DNA of 63,489 nt, counting the filler, from Actinomycetota bacterium (GTDB lineage Bacteria > Actinomycetota > CADDZG01 > JAHWKV01 > JAOPZY01), in NCBI GenBank assembly GCA_025963875.1. It is 4 parts of 4 records of this genome, joined end to end, with 100 filler letters (N's around TTAATTAATTAA, not from the genome) between each part and the next. Parts side by side here need not be neighbours in the genome. Positions count along the whole stretch, not along the records: positions 52,669 to 63,489 come from JAOPZY010000120.1; 3 more parts are not named here. One strand, given 5' to 3'. Shown here piece after piece: positions 57,038 to 63,489 of this stretch. Position numbers and translations under genes: made by a program. Each line of letters begins with the position of its first letter. Position 1 is the stretch's first letter. Below the pieces are notes generated by a model. That model was not told the DNA's origin. It did no database searches and worked only from the letters and a program-made list of their open reading frames with translations.

Positions 57038-57910
57038 TCAGTGGTGCCGGTCTCCCGGGCGGGAGTCGTCCCCGAAGAGGAGGGAGAGGAGGGAGTCGGG
57101 CCTGGCCTCGCGGCTGGCGACCTTGCCGTTGTCATCGTCGTCGCCGTCGTTCTCCTCGTCCCCGCTCTTGGGGTCCGTCGTGGAATCGTGACCGGCGGGG
57201 GCCGCGGTGAGGTCGGGGCTGGAGATGCTCTTGTCACTGTGGTGGCGGTGGTGCGTCTCGCCGCTGGACGCGATGCCGTCCCCGAGGTCGGAGTCGACGG
57301 TGACGGTGACGGTGCCGGTGGCCTCGGTCACAAGGTTGGGCGAGGGTGGGACGACCGCGGGCGGCCTGACGACGATGACGACCGGGAGCGGGACCGGGAT
57401 GACCGTGGGCAGGACCGCCGGCACGGTGGTGACCGGGGTCGGGACCGTGGGCGGCTGGGCACCGGCCGGGGGCGCGGGCGCGAGCGGAATGGCGGGAGCG
57501 GCTCCGGGCTGAGCGGCCTTCGCGCCCGCAGCCAGGCTGGCCGCAGGCTTCTTGGCGGCCGTCCGGACCGCCGGTGGCGCGGGCCTGGCGACGGCGTGGG
57601 TCGCGGCTGGGCTCGAATTGGAGCCAGCATTGAAGCCGGGGTTCGCGCCAGAATTGGTCCCTGCATTGGAGCCGGGGTTGTCGCCCGAATTGGCACCGGA
57701 ATTTGCTATCGACGGGGCCGCCGTGTTCTGCAGTACCGGGGGGCCAGCTGTCGGGCCCACGTTGATGGCTGGGGCGCCTACCTGCTCCACGGTCGGCGCG
57801 AGCGCCGACTGGAGCCTGGCGTTGATGGCAAGCATCGTCGCGATGACGAGTCCCGCCATGAGGACGGCGGCAGCTGCGATGAAGGTCCTGCTGTCACCGG
57901 CCTGGCGCAT
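57038..57910 (-). CDS. Membrane-anchored low-complexity (Pro/Ala/Asn-Gly) protein
   Basis: RBS AGGAG; N-terminal TM helix; N(S/P/A)Gx tetrapeptide repeats; acidic C-terminus. Confidence 0.65.
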   Translation of the reverse strand: MRQAGDSRTFIAAAAVLMAGLVIATMLAINARLQSALAPTVEQVGAPAINVGPTAGPPVLQNTAAPSIANSGANSGDNPGSNAGTNSGANPGFNAGSNSSPAATHAVARPAPPAVRTAAKKPAASLAAGAKAAQPGAAPAIPLAPAPPAGAQPPTVPTPVTTVPAVLPTVIPVPLPVVIVVRPPAVVPPSPNLVTEATGTVTVTVDSDLGDGIASSGETHHRHHSDKSISSPDLTAAPAGHDSTTDPKSGDEENDGDDDDNGKVASREARPDSLLSLLFGDDSRPGDRHH

Positions 57911-58008
57911 ATGGGCTCCTACCTGCAATGTCGCCGCCTCGACCCGCTCCGGCCCGCCGGTGGTGGGTCAAGAGCCTGTGGTCAGAAGTAACTAGTGCTG
58001 CGATCTAT

Positions 58009-58036
58009 GCGTCGGCTGGAACGGCCCGCGGCTTTA
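58009..58036 (-). promoter_or_regulatory. sigma28/WhiG-type promoter
   Basis: Minus strand TAAA-N16-GCCGACGC about 100 nt upstream of ATG 57910. Confidence 0.65.
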
Positions 58037-58094
58037 GAACAATCGATGAAAAAAACCTTCACGGAAGGCGCCTTCCGCCCAGTATCTTCCGGGC

Positions 58095-58217
58095 TCCCGG
58101 GGGGCCGTCCCGGAGGGCCGGCATCCTGGCAACTGCATTGAGAGACTCGGGAAGAGTGAGCCTCCCCGTGCAAGGATCCGCGGCTGGACCTTTCCGCCCG
58201 TGCTAGCGTCTCCGGGA
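58095..58217 (+). ncRNA. Candidate rod-shaped structured leader/sRNA
   Basis: Six nested helices (95-103/209-217, 111-117/190-196, 118-122/183-187, 123-127/173-177, 134-137/169-172, 145-148/154-157; add 58000) after TATCTT at 58083. Confidence 0.4.
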
Positions 58218-58233
58218 CTTAGGAGGTGGCCGG

Positions 58234-59250
58234 TTGGACGTCAAGCTCACGGAGGGTCCCGAGGCCTTTGACCTCCCCGAGTGGCCCGTGCTGCTCGAGC
58301 GTGACCCCTACCGCCACATCTTCGCCACCCTGGAGTGGAGCCGCGTCTGGTGGGAGGAGTTCGGCGCCGGGCGCCGCCTCCTGGTGCTGAGCTTCTGCGA
58401 CCCCGAGCCGGTCGGCCTGGCCCCCCTGGTGCTCGACCCCGAGGCCGCCGTGCTGAGCTTTCTCGGCGGGGACGACCTCACCGACTACATGGGCCCGATC
58501 TCCGCCGGTCACGAGTCCCAGCGGGCCATCGCCGACACGCTCCTCGACTATGCCCTCGAGGACATCCCCTCGTGGTGCAGCTTCGATGCCCGCTGCCTGC
58601 CCGTGCCCTTCGGGTTTGCCGAGTGGCTCGTCGAGGCCGCCGACCGCAGGGGCCTCCCGTTCCAGATGGACGAGCACGAGATGACCGCCGTGCTGAGCCT
58701 GCCAGGGTCCTTCGACGCCTACCTGGAACAGCTCGGGCGCAGCCGCCGCCACGAATTGCGGCGCAAGCTGCGGCGCTTCGAGGAGGCAGCCCCCGATGCC
58801 TGCCTCACCACGGCCACCGAGCAAACCCTCGAGGCCGACCTCGAAGACTTCTTTGCCATGCACCGCTCCAGCCAGGGCGAGAAGGGCAAGTTCATGGGCG
58901 TCGAGCGTGCCGGCTTCTTCGCACGGATCGCCCGCACGTTCCAGCCCCTCGGCCTCCTCTCGCTCGACTTCCTCGAGGTGGGGGGGAAACGGGTCGCGTC
59001 CACGTTCTCGTTCACCTACTCGGGGACGTTCTACCTCTACAACTCCGCCTTCGATGCCGGCGCCGCCGCCTTGTCACCCGGGATCATGATCGTGGTGCTG
59101 CTCATCCGGCGGTGCATCGAGCAGGGCATGGGGCGCTTCGATTTCCTGCGGGGCACCGAGCGCTACAAGTTCGAACTGGGTGCGGAGCGCCTTCCGCTCC
59201 ACGCGGTGAAGATCACCCGTCCCGACGGGGCGAAGGGGCCCTGCGGGTAG
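58234..59250 (+). CDS. GNAT acetyltransferase (CelD/BcsL-like)
   Basis: FATLEW..WW, TDYMG, SFDAYLEQL..SRRHELRRKLRR, SPGIM, FDFLRGTERYK; RBS AGGAGG. Confidence 0.88.
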   Translation: MDVKLTEGPEAFDLPEWPVLLERDPYRHIFATLEWSRVWWEEFGAGRRLLVLSFCDPEPVGLAPLVLDPEAAVLSFLGGDDLTDYMGPISAGHESQRAIADTLLDYALEDIPSWCSFDARCLPVPFGFAEWLVEAADRRGLPFQMDEHEMTAVLSLPGSFDAYLEQLGRSRRHELRRKLRRFEEAAPDACLTTATEQTLEADLEDFFAMHRSSQGEKGKFMGVERAGFFARIARTFQPLGLLSLDFLEVGGKRVASTFSFTYSGTFYLYNSAFDAGAAALSPGIMIVVLLIRRCIEQGMGRFDFLRGTERYKFELGAERLPLHAVKITRPDGAKGPCG

Positions 59251-59301
59251 AGTTCGTTTGGTCCCTGACTAGTTGCTCTCCTTCGGTAACATGGGGTACC
59301 A

Positions 59302-60744
59302 GTGGGGCACCAGTCGCCGATTCCCCCCGGGAGGGGCACCCTGGCTGTTCGGGAAGCATCCGTCACGGCACTACCGCACCGCCCGCTGCGCCGCGTCGCG
59401 ATGCTCGTGGTGCATTCGAATCCGGTGGTCGAGCCGGGGGTTGGTGACGCCGGGGGCATGACCGTGTACGTCCGGCAGATGGCCAGGTCGCTGGCTGCCC
59501 GGGGACTGGACGTCGACATCTACACCCGGCGGGACAGCGCCGAGACACCGGACGTGACGAGCCTGTTCCCCGGCGTCGTGGTGCGCCAGATCCCGGCCGG
59601 CGCCCCGGGGCTGTCCAAGGGGGAGATCCCCGCCTACCTGCCCGAGTTCACCGCCAACCTGCTCCACGAGGTCGAGGCCCTCGGCGTGCGCTACGACCTG
59701 ATCCACAGCCACTACTGGCTCTCCGGCAGGGTCGCCTCCATCCTCTCGGCCCGCTGGGGCATCCCGTTCGTCCACACGTTCCACACGCTTGGGCGCGTGA
59801 AGAACGAGGGCCGTGCCAACGGCGAGCCGGTCGAGCCCGACTGCCGGCTCCGGGGGGAAGCGCGGGTGATCGCCGAGGCGAACGCCATCGTCGCCTCCGC
59901 CCCCGACGAGCGGGAATGGCTGATCGACCTCTATGCCGCCCATCCCGAGCGGATCCACGTCATCCCTCCCGGCGTCGACCATTCCACGTTCCGCCCCGGC
60001 GACCGTAAAGCCGCCAAGGTGGCGTTGGCGTCCTCGGGAGCCTTGTCGGGCGGACTCTCGGGCAAGCGGGTGCTGCTGTTCGTCGGCCGCCTCCAGCCGC
60101 TGAAGGGCGCCGACACTGCGATCGAGGCGCTCGGTCACCTCATTGCCTGGGGCCGCCTCCGCAAGGAGGAGGCGGTGCTCGTGATCGTCGGCGGAGCGAG
60201 TGGCGTCGCGGGGGCGTCCGAGCCGGCGCGCCTGCAACGCCTCGCCGAGGACCTCGGGCTCGCCGACGTGGTGCGGTTCGTGGCCGCCCAGCCCCAGAAC
60301 GAGTTGCCCGGTTACTACCAGGCGGCCGACGTCTGCCTCGTCCCGTCCCACGCCGAGTCATTCGGCCTCGTGGCCCTCGAGGCCCAGGCCTGTGGCACGC
60401 CGGTCGTGGCGGCAGGGGTCGGCGGGCTCCGCTCCATCGTGCGGCATGGCCAGACCGGCTTCCTGGTCCAGCCCGGGGCGAGCGCCGCATTCGCGGAGCG
60501 GGTATGGCGGATTCTCTCGGACCAGCCACTCGCCGCGAACATGGGCAGGCTGGCGGTCTGCGGCTCGTCGGACTTCTCGTGGGAGCGCTCCGCCGATGAG
60601 CTAATCGACCTTTACACGCATAGTGTCCGCCAATTGGCGGAGGCTTCCGAGGTCCAAAGAGGCGTCGTCGCTGGAGCGGGAAGAAACTTCACAGCGCGGG
60701 AAGAAATCTCCGGTCACACGCTTGACGCACCCGGCGTCGGATAA
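59302..60744 (+). CDS. mshA: D-inositol-3-phosphate glycosyltransferase (MshA-like, GT4)
   Basis: GDAGGMTVYV, YDLIHSHYWLSG, HTFHTLGRVKN, GRLQPLKG, ESFGLVALEAQACGTPV. Start uncertain. Confidence 0.82.
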   Translation: MGHQSPIPPGRGTLAVREASVTALPHRPLRRVAMLVVHSNPVVEPGVGDAGGMTVYVRQMARSLAARGLDVDIYTRRDSAETPDVTSLFPGVVVRQIPAGAPGLSKGEIPAYLPEFTANLLHEVEALGVRYDLIHSHYWLSGRVASILSARWGIPFVHTFHTLGRVKNEGRANGEPVEPDCRLRGEARVIAEANAIVASAPDEREWLIDLYAAHPERIHVIPPGVDHSTFRPGDRKAAKVALASSGALSGGLSGKRVLLFVGRLQPLKGADTAIEALGHLIAWGRLRKEEAVLVIVGGASGVAGASEPARLQRLAEDLGLADVVRFVAAQPQNELPGYYQAADVCLVPSHAESFGLVALEAQACGTPVVAAGVGGLRSIVRHGQTGFLVQPGASAAFAERVWRILSDQPLAANMGRLAVCGSSDFSWERSADELIDLYTHSVRQLAEASEVQRGVVAGAGRNFTAREEISGHTLDAPGVG

Positions 60745-60751
60745 GTATCTT
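60722..60751 (+). promoter_or_regulatory. sigmaA-type promoter
   Basis: TTGACG-N18-TATCTT; predicted +1 near 60758. Confidence 0.7.
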
Positions 60752-60757
60752 GCCTCC

Positions 60758-61071
60758 TGTCCCAAGCGGTCGGCAGAGGGTTCGACAGAGTCGAAGCCAG
60801 CCCGCCGGGAGCGCACTGGAAGGGGCATCGGGCAGACTCGGCGGTCGGCGGGAGCGTTGGGAAGGGCCTTTCCCGACGCCTCGGTGATAGCCAGGGCACG
60901 CCGGTCCTGGTAGGAGCACTTCACGGTAGGCGAGCGAGATTCGACGGCCTCCAAGGTCGCTTGGGACACTTAGGGCCCAAGGTGCTGAAGGGCCGGCGGT
61001 TGGAGTGTGTGGGGAAGTGCGCTCCGGCTGTCGTCCCCGAGTACCTTGGGCCTTAACGCGTCTCGGTTTTT
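60758..61071 (+). ncRNA. Candidate large structured ncRNA (6S/Ms1-like or new)
   Basis: 11-bp terminal stem 60758-68/60958-68; internal hairpins; 3' rod with 17-bp stem 60970-86/61040-56 and many G-U pairs; T-run 61067-71. Confidence 0.65.
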
Positions 61072-61105
61072 CCGTCCCAGAGGCAGCGTGCTAATTTCTC
61101 CAGCG

Positions 61106-61951
61106 ATGCCCACCACCACTGAAGTGCCCGAGCGCACGATCCCCGTCGGCTTCCAGGGCGAGGCGGGGGCCTACAGCCAGCGCGCCGTCAAGCGGCTCTT
61201 CGCCGGGGCCACGTCCGTGCCCTTCCATTCGGTCCACCGGGTGTTCGAGGCCGTCGAGATCGGCACGGTCGCCTACGGGGTGGTGCCGCTCGAGAACAGC
61301 CACGCCGGGTCGATCAACGAGAGCTACGACCTGCTCGTGCGCCACGGCGTGTCGATCGTCGCCGAGACCATCGTGCGGATCTCGCACTGCCTGCTCGGCC
61401 TGCCGGGCACCCCGCTCGACGAGGTCCGCACGGTCTACTCGCATACCCAGGCGCTCGACCAGTGCTCGGAGTTCCTGGACTCGCTGCAGGTCGAGCGCAT
61501 CGCCGTCCACGACACCGCGGGGGCCGCAAGGATCCTCGCCGAGCGCCGGCAGTCCGCCTCGGCGGCCATCGCCTCGGCGGAGTCTGCGGAGTTGTACAAC
61601 CTCGAGGTGCTGGCCGCCGACATCGAGGACAGGGCCGACAACTCGACGAAGTTCGTTGCCATCGCCCGCGGCAACTCCGACCTCTTCGGGCCGCCGGAGA
61701 AGACCTCGGTCGTCTTCGCCACCGCCGACATGCCCGGCGCCCTCTACCGCTGCCTCAAGGAGTTCGCCGACCGCCACCTCAACCTCTCCAAGTTGGAGCA
61801 CCGGCCCTCGCGGGCCAAGGCGTGGCAGTCGAACTTCTACGTGGATTTCGACGCCCCGGTGCACGACCCCGCCGCCCAGGAGGCGCTGCAGGCGGTCGCC
61901 GAGCTCACGTCGTTCCTGCGCGTGCTCGGCTCGTATCCCAAAGCCCGCTGA
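61106..61951 (+). CDS. pheA: Prephenate dehydratase
   Basis: FQGEAGAYS, PLENS, SHTQALDQC, NSTKF, ACT domain PGALY..NLSKLEHRP, LGSYP. Confidence 0.95.
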   Translation: MPTTTEVPERTIPVGFQGEAGAYSQRAVKRLFAGATSVPFHSVHRVFEAVEIGTVAYGVVPLENSHAGSINESYDLLVRHGVSIVAETIVRISHCLLGLPGTPLDEVRTVYSHTQALDQCSEFLDSLQVERIAVHDTAGAARILAERRQSASAAIASAESAELYNLEVLAADIEDRADNSTKFVAIARGNSDLFGPPEKTSVVFATADMPGALYRCLKEFADRHLNLSKLEHRPSRAKAWQSNFYVDFDAPVHDPAAQEALQAVAELTSFLRVLGSYPKAR

Positions 61952-63024
61952 TCCGCATCCCGGGCAGTCTGAGGGCGGCAGCCTGCGCGGCGGCGCTGCT
62001 CCTGGCGGCCGGCGCCTGCTCGAGTGGCAGGGCGGCATCGCCGCCAAAAGCCTCGCCGTCGCCGTCCGCCTCGCCGTCGCCGCCGGGGCCGGATCTCACG
62101 CGGCCATTCGCAGGCCGGCTTCTCATCGCCGACCGGGGCAACAACCGCCTGCTCCTGGTCAACGCCGCCAAGCAGGTCCTCTGGACCTATCCGTCGCCAA
62201 CCGCCGGCGCGCCGCCCGGCGGCTTCTACTTCCCCGACGACGCCTTCTTCGTCCACCACGGGACGGCGATCGTCTCCAACCAGGAGGAGAACCACACCGT
62301 CGTGCAGATCGCCTTCCCGACGGGGACCGTGGACTGGCAGTACGGCCATCCCCGCAAGCCCGGGTCGGCGGCGGGCTATCTCAACCAGCCCGACGACGCC
62401 TACCTGCTCTCCAATGGGGTCGTGGCGGTCGCCGACGCCTCCAACTGCCGCATCCTCCTGTTCGACCCGGCCCAGATCTCGCCCGCCACCCAGCTGGGCA
62501 CCACCCGCAACTGCACCCACAACCCGCCCACCTCGTTCGCCTATCCCAATGGCGACACGCCCTTGCCCAACGGGAACCTCCTCATCTCCGAGGCGAATGC
62601 CGCCTACATCGATGAAGTCACCCAGAGCGGGCAGCTTGTCTGGAGCGTGCACCTGGCGATTGCGTACCCCTCGGATCCGCAGCAGATCGGCCCCGACCTG
62701 TATCTGGTCGCGGACTACGCCAAGCCCGGCGGCATCTACGAGTTCACGAGGGAGGGGCAGATCGTCTACGCGTACCATCCGGCCGCCGGCGAGGGGATGC
62801 TCGACCACCCGAGCCTCGCCGAGCTGCTGCCCAACGGCCTGCTGTGCGCCAACGACGACTACCGCCACCGCGTGGTCATCATCGATCCGGCGACCAACAC
62901 CATCGTCTGGCAGTACGGCACGACCGGGGTGAAGGGGACGGCACCGGGCCTGCTCAACATCCCGGACGGCTTCGACGTGCTGGCTCCGGACAGCACCACC
63001 CCGACCCACCCGAGCACCGGCTAG
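61948..63024 (+). CDS. NHL/PQQ-like beta-propeller lipoprotein
   Basis: Lipobox AGAC; LLIADRGNNRL, PDDA repeats, VWQYG; start inferred at CTG overlapping the pheA TGA. Confidence 0.8.
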   Translation: MIRIPGSLRAAACAAALLLAAGACSSGRAASPPKASPSPSASPSPPGPDLTRPFAGRLLIADRGNNRLLLVNAAKQVLWTYPSPTAGAPPGGFYFPDDAFFVHHGTAIVSNQEENHTVVQIAFPTGTVDWQYGHPRKPGSAAGYLNQPDDAYLLSNGVVAVADASNCRILLFDPAQISPATQLGTTRNCTHNPPTSFAYPNGDTPLPNGNLLISEANAAYIDEVTQSGQLVWSVHLAIAYPSDPQQIGPDLYLVADYAKPGGIYEFTREGQIVYAYHPAAGEGMLDHPSLAELLPNGLLCANDDYRHRVVIIDPATNTIVWQYGTTGVKGTAPGLLNIPDGFDVLAPDSTTPTHPSTG

Positions 63025-63032
63025 GGGTGTCG

Positions 63033-63107
63033 TCAGCCTCGGGCGATGGCCTCGAGGAACAGGCGCAGGTTGGCCGGCCGTTCGGCCATGCGGCGCATGA
63101 GGTACGC
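63033..63107 (-). pseudogene. Proline dehydrogenase C-terminal remnant
   Basis: AYLMRRMAERPANLRLFL matches the PRODH C-terminal YxxRRxAERPAN signature; rest of the gene absent. Confidence 0.7.
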
Positions 63108-63280
63108 GCTTGACTCGGTTTGACGGAAAGCGCCTGGCGCAGGCTGCACGCGGCTCCGGTGGTGCCCCTGGTGGTCGTCGCCAAGGCCAGCACCGTCTAC
63201 GAGCGGTTCGTCCAGGGCTGCGCGGTCCCACGCCCGCCTGGGTTGACTTGCATACCGCCGCAATGGCATGAAGCTTGAGG

Positions 63281-63489
63281 TCAGGCCTTCCGATGGCGGC
63301 GATCGAGCCCGCCCATGGCGCTAAGGACGGCGCGCAGTGATGCCGTGACGATGCTTTCGTGTAGGCCAACACCCCAGCGGAGGGCCCCATCGCAGCGGAC
63401 CTCGACGTAGGCGGCCGCTTGGGCGGCGGCGCCCGCACCGACGGCGTGTTCCGCGTAGTCCAGCACCTCGATAGGAATGTGCAGTTGGC
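63281..63489 (-). CDS. leuA: 2-isopropylmalate synthase C-terminal regulatory domain (runs off window)
   Basis: IEVLDYAEHA..AGA.AQAAAYVEV...WGVGLHESIVTASLRAVLSA. Confidence 0.9.
   Translation of the reverse strand, partial: QLHIPIEVLDYAEHAVGAGAAAQAAAYVEVRCDGALRWGVGLHESIVTASLRAVLSAMGGLDRRHRKA

Noticed and set aside
60775..61056. tmRNA or SRP RNA identity for the structured RNA
   Set aside because: No GGGG 5' end, T-arm/CCA or tag ORF for tmRNA; no CAGG..GGAA..AGCAG helix-8 motif for SRP.
1..63489. CRISPR array / cas genes
   Set aside because: No regularly spaced 23-47-bp repeats with unique spacers and no cas motifs seen.

Overview
High-GC actinobacterial sequence (kgd-type 2-oxoglutarate enzyme, mshA, DtxR-family regulator, RsiG homologue), probably a metagenome-assembled or draft genome. 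The window is four contigs (1-28604, 28705-44381, 44482-52568, 52669-63489) joined by three artificial 100-nt N/TTAATTAATTAA linkers, so adjacency across the gaps means nothing. Contig 1: OatA-like acyltransferase plus a stand-alone SGNH protein, amidase, sialidase-like protein, then an ECF sigma / Crp / START-like protein / nucleotidyl cyclase-STAND / FAD oxidoreductase / polyprenyl synthase cluster, cupredoxin + metallophosphoesterase, ECF42-DGPF pair, GT4-GT4-glycosidase-GH130 cluster and cspA. Contig 2: VOC, Tat phosphoesterase, MFS, IMPase, shattered DUF2071 gene, a cobalamin-riboswitch-controlled ABC transporter and tRNA-Cys. Right after the tRNA is a head-to-tail array of three related mobile units with conserved ends, decayed DDE transposase tails and different cargo; this is the most novel-looking signal. 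Contig 3: a DevS/DevR(DosRS)-like island with three tandem Dev-box pairs at 23-bp spacing, a P1B-5 ATPase-hemerythrin and a tRNA-Val att fragment. Contig 4: kgd, DtxR-like regulator, twin-motif c-di-GMP-binding RsiG next to a sigma28/WhiG-type promoter, GNAT, mshA, an unannotated ~210-310 nt structured RNA candidate with its own promoter, pheA, a beta-propeller lipoprotein and the end of leuA. All family calls come from motifs recognised by eye; no database searches were run.
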